Part shown: one piece after another, positions 21,056-31,241 of the stretch
Position numbering within the stretch: position 1 is the first letter of the stretch
Layout: every line of letters starts with the position of its first letter
Origin: an uncultured virus (IMG/VR IMGVR_UViG_3300033149_003138)
Taxonomy: Duplodnaviria; Heunggongvirae; Uroviricota; Caudoviricetes
Virus record (IMG/VR): IMGVR_UViG_3300033149_003138
Length of the DNA: 64,000 nt
Strand: one strand, 5' to 3'
The notes under the pieces: model-generated
What the model saw: only the letters and a program-made list of their open reading frames with translations
What the model was told of the DNA's origin: nothing
Database searches by the model: none
Program-made: the position numbers and the translations under genes

Positions 21056-21724
21056 TTGTCTAACGGAATATTATCAGCCATATTCAATCTCCTGCCTGAC
21101 TTCTACAGATTCAGAGAATACCTGTTTCTCTACGTTTTACTCTTCTATCTCAGTCAATACAGGTGGGGTAGAGAAAAAACAGATTACCTAAGCAGAATTA
21201 TCGTGAGAGGCATATGTGTTTTTCTCGTTATACTCGTATTTCTCTGGAGGACTCAACCCCCGTTAAACGAGATAATTGGATACTGGGGATGGATTTCCCC
21301 CGTGGAGTGGGTGGCGTTCATCCTGATCTCGTATCACACCCTACACAGGAAAACCTTGAACCCAACTCTCTCCCTTATCATGACTGGAATCGCTACAAAC
21401 GCTAGTGGATACATTTACGAGTTACCATATTTTGTCATGGATTACCTGAACGGACATAGACCATTCATCTTCGCTATACTAAAGGTGAATAGTAATAACA
21501 CCTTGCTTTTGAGCAGTCAGATAGTATCCATCTTCTTGTTGATGTTATTCTTAAAATACGAGACTGATTTCAAACCAAACTCAATCATGTTGGTTGGCTT
21601 ATCTACGATGTTAATGGGGTACGTCTTCTACCGATACCTTAACTATTACTTCGTGAGAATACCAACGATGTTCTTCATCTTAACCCTCTGGTCAGGAGTA
21701 TCTGAGGATAAGAAATGTGGCTAG
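21056..21724 (+). CDS. Polytopic membrane protein
   Basis: About 6-7 hydrophobic segments. Confidence 0.7.
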   Translation: MSNGILSAIFNLLPDFYRFREYLFLYVLLFYLSQYRWGREKTDYLSRIIVRGICVFLVILVFLWRTQPPLNEIIGYWGWISPVEWVAFILISYHTLHRKTLNPTLSLIMTGIATNASGYIYELPYFVMDYLNGHRPFIFAILKVNSNNTLLLSSQIVSIFLLMLFLKYETDFKPNSIMLVGLSTMLMGYVFYRYLNYYFVRIPTMFFILTLWSGVSEDKKCG

Positions 21725-22242
21725 ACTTAGGCTGTGCTAATTCACCGAGAGGGGACGTTAATATTGATCGTTACTATGAGGACTCCCCGCACACACAGCA
21801 ACAGATCAAGCCAAAGGAGATCAAAAATTTCATATTGGCATCAGCAGGACACACACCAATAAGAGATAATGCAATCTACGGTGTCTCAGGCTATCACCTT
21901 ATCGAACACCTACTCATCCCCACGGACTGCATATCCGACATGGTGAGAATGGCAAAGAAATACCTGATAATATGCGTGCCTAACCACCCGATTCTCTCAG
22001 AACATCATAGACACTTTTATTCATGGTCACAGAGGTCGCTAGAGACCCTTCTGGGTGAATATGGGCAGGTTGTTTACTCAAGGACAAGGCTCATGTGGTG
22101 GAACAGTGATAGGGCACTCAAAGCAGTCTCAAAGATGCCCCACCTTGCACTTAGAAGGCTAGTGATCCACTTATTGAACATGGTTTTAGGGACTGAAATA
22201 CTTGTCATAGTAGATGTGTCTGGTGAAAAGAAACATGATTAA
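21715..22242 (+). CDS. Class I SAM-dependent methyltransferase-like protein
   Basis: LDLGC...VNID...ASAGHTP...HLIEHL...VPN. Confidence 0.75.
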   Translation: MWLDLGCANSPRGDVNIDRYYEDSPHTQQQIKPKEIKNFILASAGHTPIRDNAIYGVSGYHLIEHLLIPTDCISDMVRMAKKYLIICVPNHPILSEHHRHFYSWSQRSLETLLGEYGQVVYSRTRLMWWNSDRALKAVSKMPHLALRRLVIHLLNMVLGTEILVIVDVSGEKKHD

Positions 22243-23005
22243 ACGAAGACTCAGCTTCATTAGAAACCTTATTAACCTCTTGATGAACCCAGTAAGATAC
22301 CTCTCATCTTTTATACCTAACCCCAGTCTCCGTGAGAAACCAATCGTCTGCGTGATGTGTGGCTACAACGAGCAGGATAACATAACAGACTCGTTGCTCA
22401 GTCTGGTGGGTAAAATAGATAAAATGATCTTCGTGGACAAGAACGGGGCACTCAGATACTATGTTATGCCGTTCATAACTGCCTTTGACATCGATTACTA
22501 TGTGAAACCAGAGTTGAACCTGCTTGAATCCCGAAAATTCGCAATAAACCAAACCCCAAAGGGATCATGGGTTATCTTTGTTGACGCAGACGAGATCATG
22601 TTAGCAAGCTCATCTTACCTGAGAAGCCTGATAAAACGAAATGTGTGCTATAGAACCCAGAAATATGTCACTCACAAGGAGTTTAATGAACTATACGCCA
22701 TGAACGACTATCACCCTTTCATCATGCTTAACGATGGGGGAATCTACTTTGCTCCCCCTAAAGACCTGCCCAGATACCGAGGTAGAGCCGTCAACTTGAA
22801 AACGGTCTGCATCGAGAACAGGTCATGGTGCAAGAGCAAGAGACACCAGTATTACCGTACAAACTATTGGAGGGCATGGCAAGCCTCAGAATACAAGCAT
22901 CTCCCGATAGAGGAATACATATTGGCTGTTAACGGCGAAATCCCTGACGATAAGACCGTTGAAGAATGGTATGATTGGATCACATCCAAAGGAACCCAGC
23001 TATAA
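22235..23005 (+). CDS. Glycosyltransferase family 2-like protein
   Basis: GYNEQDNI, IFVD, SRKFAI, WVIFVDADE. Confidence 0.7.
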   Translation: MIKRRLSFIRNLINLLMNPVRYLSSFIPNPSLREKPIVCVMCGYNEQDNITDSLLSLVGKIDKMIFVDKNGALRYYVMPFITAFDIDYYVKPELNLLESRKFAINQTPKGSWVIFVDADEIMLASSSYLRSLIKRNVCYRTQKYVTHKEFNELYAMNDYHPFIMLNDGGIYFAPPKDLPRYRGRAVNLKTVCIENRSWCKSKRHQYYRTNYWRAWQASEYKHLPIEEYILAVNGEIPDDKTVEEWYDWITSKGTQL

Positions 23006-23006
23006 A

Positions 23007-23070
23007 CTGGTATCTAATACCATAAACCTTTTAAATGATGCACAGTGTATCAAAACCGAGTAAGTATGGC
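23007..23070 (+). promoter_or_regulatory. Class B promoter
   Basis: CTGGTATCTAATACCATAAACCTTTTAAATGATGCACAGTGTATCA...GAGTAAGTATGGC. Confidence 0.8.
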
Positions 23071-23380
23071 GAAATCAGAACTATCCCAACAGTTAGAAAC
23101 CGAGTATCATAGCATCATGAAGGAATCTATAAAACACGGTAAATGGATAAAACCCTACTGTGCCCAGAAATTCCACTTTTTCCCAAACAAATCTATTCTT
23201 GATGAATGGGGTCATAAACGGAGTGCCTGTTATGATCATATCACTGAGAAAGGTGACTTGGCTCTTGAGGGGTATCCAGAATATCAGCCCAATAAAGACA
23301 TAAATCAAAAAGGTCACTGGGAAAACGTCTGCAAGGCATGCATGCGTCAGGTTAAATTCAAACAGTTACATCAATGGTGA
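23066..23380 (+). CDS. Hypothetical Cys/His protein
   Basis: Start set to the ATG at the end of the class B promoter; H...C...CKAC. Confidence 0.55.
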   Translation: MAKSELSQQLETEYHSIMKESIKHGKWIKPYCAQKFHFFPNKSILDEWGHKRSACYDHITEKGDLALEGYPEYQPNKDINQKGHWENVCKACMRQVKFKQLHQW

Positions 23381-23915
23381 TAAATATAATGTTGAAGAAC
23401 TGCCCCTTCTGCGGAGCATCTAGGATGGACGTACATTTTGGGGGCTGGATTGCAGACATTCAGGGATGTTATGGCTGTGCCAAATGCGGTTCTATAATCC
23501 CAAGTCGAAGCTACAGTGAAGGAACTAATTGGAGACCAAAATTCTTCTCCGAGATAATCCCTGAGTTTATAGAATATGCAAACCAGATCAGAGAAAGTCG
23601 GGGCTTATCTCCCTTAAAAGAAGTTAAAGAGAACGGGAAAAAGATTATTCCTATAAATGAGGGGGGAGAATCGTGATGGATATTGATGAATCTGTAATAA
23701 AAAGAATGACACAGGCTCAGGCTGAACGCCAAAGCAGACATTGGCGTAACAAGGGTAGATATGCCCAAATGTCAAAATGTGAATTTTGCGGTAAACCCGT
23801 AGGAAGCAAATACTACAGCCTACCAGACTGCAACGAAACAGGTGTAGGTGTCTGTCTATGCAAAGCCTGTGCTAAAGAAGCAAGACGTAAAGGAAAAAAA
23901 TAAGGTAATAAAATA

Positions 23916-24245
23916 ATGGTAATAGGATTCCATGTACCTGAAGCAAGGTCTCAACTTCTCGAAGAAGGAGAAGTCTACACGTATCGCTGGAAACGCAGAG
24001 CCTTTTTCAGAGATCATGATGGAAAAGCTGAATATACATGGGCGAACAGTGGAAGAGGCACCAAAAAAATAGCAGATGTGAAAATAATCGAAATAAAACA
24101 GTTTGATGGAACGATAGAAGGAAACCTTGAACCATATCACTTAAAAAGTGGATTCTGGAATACTGCAAGCTGGTGCCTAGAAATCACAGAAATGGGACTA
24201 AGGGCTACTGATAATGGCTGGTTATACCACGTTATACTCATCTGA
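23916..24245 (+). CDS. ASCH/PUA-like protein
   Basis: QLLEEGEVYTYRW...SGF...W...LYHV. Confidence 0.45.
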   Translation: MVIGFHVPEARSQLLEEGEVYTYRWKRRAFFRDHDGKAEYTWANSGRGTKKIADVKIIEIKQFDGTIEGNLEPYHLKSGFWNTASWCLEITEMGLRATDNGWLYHVILI

Positions 24246-24290
24246 AGACTCTTTTATACAGAACCATGATCCAAAGAAAAAACCTTGACT

Positions 24291-24317
24291 GGTATTAGAT
24301 ACCACAACAGCTATAAA
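24291..24317 (+). promoter_or_regulatory. Inverted 13-bp operator + ACAACAGCTATAAA promoter
   Basis: GGTATTAGATACCACAACAGCTATAAA; identical block at 56444. Confidence 0.7.
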
Positions 24318-24341
24318 TCCCAGACTCTCAACTAATCTAGT

Positions 24342-24794
24342 ATGGCTCTAGTCCACCTAATCTACGTCTACCTTGCTGGAATAGCATTGATGTTCATCAG
24401 ACTAAAGATGACCAAAGGAAAACTCACCGAAAAACAGAGAGAGTGGGAAGTAGTAACTATCATTCTGGTCATGATCTCCTTCCTATACATCTACGTGGGG
24501 ATTGACGTTGTAATGCCTAAAACCGTGGAAGAAGAGTTTACCGTATTCTGGAGTTGGCAGGAGTTTGGACATGCAAGACCCCAGACCGTCATACTCACAT
24601 ATGGAAGGGATAAACGAATCTTCTATGGAACCTACACCTTCGAGAATAACACAAGCTACAGAGTGAAGTGGAGTTACCCACGCCTCCAGCTAAGGCAGTC
24701 AACCTACGGCAAACGCGTAGACCTCATCTACATGGAGGAAATACCACTGATCCCAGAGGATGCACACTACGTCAACAGGACTGATACAAGATGA
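24342..24794 (+). CDS. Two-TM membrane protein
   Basis: Two N-terminal hydrophobic helices. Confidence 0.6.
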   Translation: MALVHLIYVYLAGIALMFIRLKMTKGKLTEKQREWEVVTIILVMISFLYIYVGIDVVMPKTVEEEFTVFWSWQEFGHARPQTVILTYGRDKRIFYGTYTFENNTSYRVKWSYPRLQLRQSTYGKRVDLIYMEEIPLIPEDAHYVNRTDTR

Positions 24795-25171
24795 ATCAAG
24801 ACGAAGAGAAACCAGCTTTCTGGGAACAGTTCAACAGGGTACGAGTAGCTTACCAGTATTACATAGCCTTCTGGTTTGCGATACCTGCCTTCTTGGGGAT
24901 CATCTACGAGAAATGGGTTGAACCCTATTTCTTAGTGAAGTATATCCCCACACTAAACCACTTCGTACTTCTATCTGTGGTTGTTGGCATACCAGCACTT
25001 CTGCTTCTTTCAAAATATCACTACGAGAGGAAGCCAAACAGACCCAAATACGAGTTAGCAAAACTCGACATGAAGGTGAACCCTTGGAACCGTAGCATTG
25101 CTCAGGCAATAACCTACTTGGCTAACGGTGAAAACGAGAAAGCCAAAGAGGTGCTGGAAGAATGGGTCTAG
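24791..25171 (+). CDS. Two-TM membrane protein
   Basis: Two TM helices; ATG embedded in the 17-bp palindrome at 24782-24798. Confidence 0.6.
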   Translation: MNQDEEKPAFWEQFNRVRVAYQYYIAFWFAIPAFLGIIYEKWVEPYFLVKYIPTLNHFVLLSVVVGIPALLLLSKYHYERKPNRPKYELAKLDMKVNPWNRSIAQAITYLANGENEKAKEVLEEWV

Positions 25172-26337
25172 CCCTCAAACACAGAGCCAAAGACTTCATC
25201 AACAGACACGAGACCCTGTGGAGCATCAAGAGAGGGCTTTATGCCCAACTCTACAACTATCGAGACTGGAGAAGAGGCGTACCTAACTGGGTTATAGCCC
25301 CACAGGACATCCAGATCGACACCCACAACTACTGTAGTTCAACCCACGAACCAGACGAAGAAGGCAACCTGATCCACAGATATGCTGGGTGCGTCTTCTG
25401 CAACGTAAAGGCTGGGGGTTCCTTCAAGATTCCACGAGGTAGAATGGAGGATGACCTGTTATTCTACATAATCGAATACTGGGGCAGTAAGAAGCATCTT
25501 GGGGTGGAGAACATCTGCCCATACGTGAACGGTGACTTGATCATCGACGATCGTGCCCACGAGATATATGATGCTAGTGAGAAAGTTGGTCTCAAAGTTG
25601 TACTGGACACGAGTGCAAACGTCTACAGGAACCGAGACTACCTTATTCACCCTAACCTCAGATACATAAGGTTCAGCCTCTCAGCGATAACCCCTGAGAC
25701 CTATGAGAAAGTGCAGGGATGCCCCAAGTTCGATGAGGCAATGAAGACCTTCCACTACGTCATGGAAAACAAGTACCCCACGCAGACCGTTGAGATGCAC
25801 TTCATGGTCTGCAAATACAATGAACACGAGATAGAGGACTACATATCTTACTTCCAGAAATACAAAGTCAAGATCAAGGTATTCCCTCTCCACGAGATGC
25901 CTGACATACAGCTAAACAGCACAGCCTCCCTCCCCTCAGAGAAGTGGAGAAACGTATCAGACAGCCTAGAGGCATGGATTAACAGCAGACCCGTCTTCAT
26001 CTATCCCAATGGTTACAGGGAACGACAGGTCATGAGGTCTAACAGGACTTGTCAGGGTATGGCTTTCGCAGTACAATGGGATGGGCTGATACTCCACTGC
26101 ACAGACGCACCACCCGACTACGAGGACTCACCCTTCTACCTTGGGCACGTCAAGGCAGACGGCACAGGACAAGACATGCTAGAAGCATGGCACCAGAGAA
26201 ACCGTCAGAGGATCAACCACCCAGCCTGTAGAGTATGTAATGCTCGTAGACCCGATTGGTATAAGATACTGGAGAAATATGGATTGGCTGATAAAGAGGA
26301 AATAACTCATTATCTGAATTGGAGGGCTGAAAAATGA
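25162..26337 (+). CDS. Radical SAM/SPASM-type protein with expanded Cys motif
   Basis: QIDTHNYC-x18-CVFC, GDLIID, RFSLSAITPETYEKVQG, C-terminal C...QWDG..LHC...CRVC. Confidence 0.75.
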   Translation: MGLALKHRAKDFINRHETLWSIKRGLYAQLYNYRDWRRGVPNWVIAPQDIQIDTHNYCSSTHEPDEEGNLIHRYAGCVFCNVKAGGSFKIPRGRMEDDLLFYIIEYWGSKKHLGVENICPYVNGDLIIDDRAHEIYDASEKVGLKVVLDTSANVYRNRDYLIHPNLRYIRFSLSAITPETYEKVQGCPKFDEAMKTFHYVMENKYPTQTVEMHFMVCKYNEHEIEDYISYFQKYKVKIKVFPLHEMPDIQLNSTASLPSEKWRNVSDSLEAWINSRPVFIYPNGYRERQVMRSNRTCQGMAFAVQWDGLILHCTDAPPDYEDSPFYLGHVKADGTGQDMLEAWHQRNRQRINHPACRVCNARRPDWYKILEKYGLADKEEITHYLNWRAEK

Positions 26338-27309
26338 TGTCATATAAATGGACAGTTGAAGACTGGAAGGAGTTCTGGGGTACAGTTAAAAAACTGCTTA
26401 AAGAACAGAAACAGAACCAAGTTATTGAGGATTTAGAGGAATGGAGAAAGAAGGCTCATAAAGAATTTAGAGAACGCCACATTCGGAGGATAATCAACTT
26501 TGATCATAGATAAACACACTGAACTGAAGGGAGAAGTATGTACTGCATAGACCCAGAGGAAGAACACCAGTTAGAGATAAACGAACTCTGTGAAACCATT
26601 GTTAAGCTATCTAACAAGATCAGCGAACAAAACCATAAGCTAAACGATATACAGAAGGTAATCAATCAATGGACTTTGGAAAATGGGAGGATATATCCCT
26701 TCTATTATGTCGTTGATGAGCTTAATTCCATTATCAAACACAGGAGGTGGTCATTGAATGACATCCGTAAGAAAACACAAAAGAGGGCTGATTGATGGGT
26801 AAATGCGAGAAAGGTGGATCAAATAACGGCTCTGGGGTATATTGCACTGGAGAAGAATGTGGGTGCGGTGCATTAAAGCATTGGAGTTGTAAAGATTGTG
26901 GGCATACTACCCACTACTTTCACGCAATAAAGCGAGGAAGAGAGGTTCTACGCATCCTAAAAGAGGAGAGTCAAGTCGATGGTTTCACCTAGACGTTATC
27001 TAGCCCATCACAAAGAAGAGGCAGACAGGATTAGAAACCTTCTTTCTCAATTCGGTTCTAGCGGTGAAGTTGCTGGGTTCTGGTGTGTGAAGGGAACCAG
27101 AACGACAATCCTAGACTGCATAAGATGTGAATATGACAACTTCTGCCCAAATTCACACCCGCCTCTTGAAAGAGACTACAACCCCGACGGGTCTAACCCT
27201 TGGCGTGGTGACATGGCTCTCCGTTTCCTGATGACTGACAGACCACTAGGCAACAGGGATGACTGGATGTGGCTACAGCACCCAGAGATAAGGGAGGCAT
27301 GAGTCAAAA

Positions 27310-27915
27310 ATGAGTGTTCTTATTCCAACAAAGAAAGAGACAGACGATGAGATAATTACCATCAAAGAGAATCCGCTTGATGATTATGTCCTAGAGATTA
27401 TAACCAGTAACGAAGAAGGTCTATCCAAAGCTAGGAATGGGTTGGTTGACTTAGCTAAAGAAAGTCCACTGATCTTCCTTGACGATGACATCTGGTTATC
27501 AACTGACTTACTTGACCTCATTGATGATCTTGCCCCTAAGTGGACTGAAAAAATGCTCTACATGGCTGAGGGAGGCAACCACCCAACAAGCAGAGTCATG
27601 ATCCTAACCAAAGAACTCTTTGATGATATAGGAGGCTTCGATGAGAACATCAAGTACAACGGAGAGGACTATGACTTCTATCTTAGGGCACTTAAGAAAG
27701 GATACTGGGTTACAATAATACCCAGTACCGAGATCAGGCACAAGCCCCATAAGAAATCAAACTGGTTCAAGTATCACTTCGAGGCACCATATGTCAGGAT
27801 CAAACACCATAAGGTTGGTGTCAATTTCTTCTTCTATAGGAATCCACTGGTCATGCTTCTACGAATGGCTGGATTCCTCTACTACAAGCTGATCAAAGGA
27901 GTCAAACCTATATGA
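27310..27915 (+). CDS. Glycosyltransferase family 2
   Basis: SVLIPT, SKARNG, IFLDDD, IGGFDE, GEDYD. Confidence 0.85.
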   Translation: MSVLIPTKKETDDEIITIKENPLDDYVLEIITSNEEGLSKARNGLVDLAKESPLIFLDDDIWLSTDLLDLIDDLAPKWTEKMLYMAEGGNHPTSRVMILTKELFDDIGGFDENIKYNGEDYDFYLRALKKGYWVTIIPSTEIRHKPHKKSNWFKYHFEAPYVRIKHHKVGVNFFFYRNPLVMLLRMAGFLYYKLIKGVKPI

Positions 27916-28417
27916 CCGAGAAAACCAAACTCTACGATTATTTTGATGCTCTTCTAGCCATTATGCAGGAGGATCAGGAACAGTTGGAGAAGAAAAGAGA
28001 CCAGATAAGGAACTTGAAGGAGAAATTCAGTTTCCTTGAAGAGGCTAAAAGCATAACCATCTCATCGATACCTAATGAGATAGGTAATATTGCTGACAGT
28101 ATAGACATTGCCCTGCTTCACAACAAGAATGTTCAAAGGCGAGTTGCAGACGCAATGGAGATGGTAAAGAAGGCTGAAAAATGAACAGGCAACCAGTAAT
28201 AATCTATGACTGCGATAAGGCACCAGAGGGTGTCCACGGCTGGATCACTTCAATAACTGACAGAGGCGAAATATGGCTTCTCTGGGAGAACGAAAATGGC
28301 ACAAAGAGCAGAGCCAAAGTAACAACAAACACGGCAAGTCTCTTTGTGGGCGATCGTCTGCTCACTCCAGAGGACATTGCTAGGTTCTGGGATGCGGGGC
28401 TTAAGACGTGATACACA

Positions 28418-28591
28418 TTGTATCAAAAACCAAAGGACTACTTTAAGATTGAAAAAAGAATACATCTGTTCTTTATCGGTCTAGCGATGATCTTCATGGT
28501 TTTAGGTGAAAAAAAGGGAATATTCTTAACTGCCTTCATGGACTTTGGCGTTCTCTGCATCTACTACTGGGGGATCAGAAAAGATAAATAG
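28418..28591 (+). CDS. Small two-TM membrane protein (not in ORF track)
   Basis: TTG start inside palindrome 28409-28425; MYQKPKDYFKIEKRIHLFFIGLAMIFMVLGEKKGIFLTAFMDFGVLCIYYWGIRKDK. Confidence 0.5.
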   Translation: MYQKPKDYFKIEKRIHLFFIGLAMIFMVLGEKKGIFLTAFMDFGVLCIYYWGIRKDK

Positions 28592-28610
28592 TTTTGGTGC
28601 CTTCATCTCC
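28583..28610 (+). promoter_or_regulatory. Class A promoter
   Basis: GATAAATAGTTTTGGTGCCTTCATCTCC. Confidence 0.75.
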
Positions 28611-28620
28611 TTAGATGGGT

Positions 28621-29316
28621 ATGAGCAGGAAAAGGAAAAGCCCAAGACGGCACACTGTCCACACGAAGCACCCAAGATATAACATACCCAAATACAGCAG
28701 AGGCGTCTTTGCTGGAGGGGAGGGTATGGGTGTTCATACAGAAGGTGGAGGCATTGGTTTCAGCTACCCAAGGACTGATCCAAGTTCACGTTTATACGCA
28801 TGGGGTGAAAAAGGGCTTTCTGATACCCCTGCTCTATATACAAACGAATACAACTCTATTGCTGTTGGAGGCAAAGATCACGCTTTATTGAAGATACTCA
28901 GTGAAGTAGAGCCGTCTGATGAACCTAACAGTTATAAGATGGTTGGGAAACAATATCTAAAAGACAGATATTTTGTGCCCCATCAAGCACACACCGTTGC
29001 TAAAATAACTCCATACGGGATCAAGAAGATCATCAAACCCAAGACCTACTTCCCAGAAGCACTCAGGAATCTTCAAAACAACGGGGCTGTCGTTGTCAGT
29101 GGAAACAAGAGAAACTACTATGCAAGGATAACTCCCAAGGGTAGAGAAATACTAGCGATCTTGGAGGATAAATACGGTGACACGAGAACAGGGGAACCAG
29201 TGATGACTCTAACAAGGTGGGATGGTAAAACAGATAGCGGTTCACCTTACTATGCTTTAAGGCAGAAGGGTCTATCTCATAGACAGGCTGTTGACGTTAT
29301 CGAGGGAAGGGTGTAA
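28621..29316 (+). CDS. HPRY-leader protein 3
   Basis: MSRKRKSPRRHTVHTKHPRYNIPKYSRG; wHTH-like 'ITPKGREIL' segments. Confidence 0.8.
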   Translation: MSRKRKSPRRHTVHTKHPRYNIPKYSRGVFAGGEGMGVHTEGGGIGFSYPRTDPSSRLYAWGEKGLSDTPALYTNEYNSIAVGGKDHALLKILSEVEPSDEPNSYKMVGKQYLKDRYFVPHQAHTVAKITPYGIKKIIKPKTYFPEALRNLQNNGAVVVSGNKRNYYARITPKGREILAILEDKYGDTRTGEPVMTLTRWDGKTDSGSPYYALRQKGLSHRQAVDVIEGRV

Positions 29317-29319
29317 TAG

Positions 29320-30270
29320 ATGATGCGTCTTTCAAGTTCAAATCGTGAGACAGGTCTAGCAGTAACGATCATTGGCTTATTCTTCATGATTTCCATATTT
29401 CTGATCCCATTCAATGTTGCTTGGAGCAAATACGGCGACTCCTCAATAACCATACACGTCTACAAGTACGCTGATCCCCCTGAAAGCTGGTCAGGCACAG
29501 ATAACCAAGCAGGTGGAGCATGGGTGAATATAGAGCCTACCGTAGCTGGGGCACATCTTGTAGATGTATTCGGCAAAGTCCCACCTACAACAACGGATAC
29601 CTACGGCATAATGTCATGGTACTGTGATATAGGGGTCTACAAGTGGACAGTTAAGTACGATGGAAAACAGCTTGTTGGCTATGTTCAGACTGAGCAAGAT
29701 GTAACCTCAAGAATTAACGTCTATGTCTATGATGGGAAGGTGAACTATAACCCACCTGAACACGAATATACAGGAGAGCCTCCAGAGACCACTCCAACAG
29801 AGACAACTGAAGGAGACAAGACCGTTCTGGTGACAACCACCCCAGAAACAGGTCTCAGAGTGGTTGTTATTGGCATGGGTGGGAACGTTTATGTTAGTCA
29901 CGTTGAAACTCCTGTACAATTCACAGTGACCAAACCCTCAGACTTCATCGAAGTCATCTGGGTGGATAACCTTGAGGGCTATACCACGCCTGAGACTTGG
30001 AGAGGAACGATTACCACGGACACAAAGATCGTAGGGAAGTATCTCAGACCAGAAAACGAAGGGGAAGAGGACTCAGAGACGGAAGTAATTGCCTATCCCG
30101 ATGAGACTGAGGCATCGTCCACACAAGAGGAACCGTCAGAGAAAGGAGAGAAACAGACATACATTGATAGGAAGATCGATAAACTGAAGACAGACCTAGT
30201 TTATCAGTTGATATTTGGCATGGGGGCACTTACCGCACTGTTCGGCATCTTCCTTGTGGTTAAACCCTAG
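29320..30270 (+). CDS. Membrane protein with N- and C-terminal TM helices and beta-sandwich ectodomain
   Basis: TM at both ends, Thr/Glu-rich linkers. Confidence 0.7.
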   Translation: MMRLSSSNRETGLAVTIIGLFFMISIFLIPFNVAWSKYGDSSITIHVYKYADPPESWSGTDNQAGGAWVNIEPTVAGAHLVDVFGKVPPTTTDTYGIMSWYCDIGVYKWTVKYDGKQLVGYVQTEQDVTSRINVYVYDGKVNYNPPEHEYTGEPPETTPTETTEGDKTVLVTTTPETGLRVVVIGMGGNVYVSHVETPVQFTVTKPSDFIEVIWVDNLEGYTTPETWRGTITTDTKIVGKYLRPENEGEEDSETEVIAYPDETEASSTQEEPSEKGEKQTYIDRKIDKLKTDLVYQLIFGMGALTALFGIFLVVKP

Positions 30271-30304
30271 CGATAATCTCTTATAGTTTTGGTGCCTTCA
30301 TCTC
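30271..30304 (+). promoter_or_regulatory. Class A promoter
   Basis: CGATAATCTCTTATAGTTTTGGTGCCTTCATCTC. Confidence 0.8.
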
Positions 30305-30311
30305 AAGTAGA

Positions 30312-31241
30312 ATGTCGTTAAAGAAGAAAGACATTAACACTTACGGTTATCTGTTCATTGCATTGGCTCTTGCTATCTTCATAGGTGGTATGGGGCTAAC
30401 AATGGTAAAAGATGAAAGCCACACAGTAACGGTTTATCGTGGATACACCATCTATAAGGCACCAGATGACACACTTCCCCCCAATCCTCAAGACCTTGGT
30501 GGAGATTATTACTACGCTAAGCATTACTGGAATGATCCTCAGCAAACACTTCAAGACATATACGACTTTATTGATGATGAAATAGCTAAATCACCGAAAT
30601 GTGTGGTACACTTTACAGTTCAGAAAAGAGTCATAACAGACCATGGTGATGGACACCGATCTAGGGACTATTACGGTCTCCAAGATGTTGGTGTCTTCCT
30701 ATACCGTGATGGTGAAAAAGCAATATTCGAAAGTCAAAGAACAGATCAAGATGGAGTAGCATATTTTGACAGTGTACCTGTAGGAGAATACGACTTTACC
30801 GTGGTCACAACGGGGTACGAAAAAAGCAACGTGAACACTCAAAACTGGGTTGAGGAAGGAACCATCTACTACAAGAGAATAATCCTTTACGAGGAAACAA
30901 TATACGAGAACACTGACACCACGGAAGACACGACTGACACCACTGAAGAACCTCCGTCTGATCCACCACCTGACACAACTTCCGACGGCGATCCAGTGAA
31001 TGAACTTGATCAAGCCCTTTTTGATGAAGATAACGAGGTAACTGACGAATACCCTGAAGATGCTGAGTTTGAAGAAGAATGGAAGGCACCTTGGGAGGGA
31101 GGAGGGCAGGAACAGCTAACGGGTAGCTACGATCAACACTATGATGAAGGATTCAACATGATGACTCTAGCTGTAGGCGTTCTTGGAACCACAGGTATAT
31201 TGATGCTACTCTTTGCCCAGATGTTCACGAGGAAGAGATAA
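30312..31241 (+). CDS. Membrane protein with carboxypeptidase-regulatory-like (CnaB-type) domain
   Basis: TM at both ends; TDQDGVAYFDSVPVGEYDFTVVTTGYE; acidic stalk. Confidence 0.7.
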   Translation: MSLKKKDINTYGYLFIALALAIFIGGMGLTMVKDESHTVTVYRGYTIYKAPDDTLPPNPQDLGGDYYYAKHYWNDPQQTLQDIYDFIDDEIAKSPKCVVHFTVQKRVITDHGDGHRSRDYYGLQDVGVFLYRDGEKAIFESQRTDQDGVAYFDSVPVGEYDFTVVTTGYEKSNVNTQNWVEEGTIYYKRIILYEETIYENTDTTEDTTDTTEEPPSDPPPDTTSDGDPVNELDQALFDEDNEVTDEYPEDAEFEEEWKAPWEGGGQEQLTGSYDQHYDEGFNMMTLAVGVLGTTGILMLLFAQMFTRKR

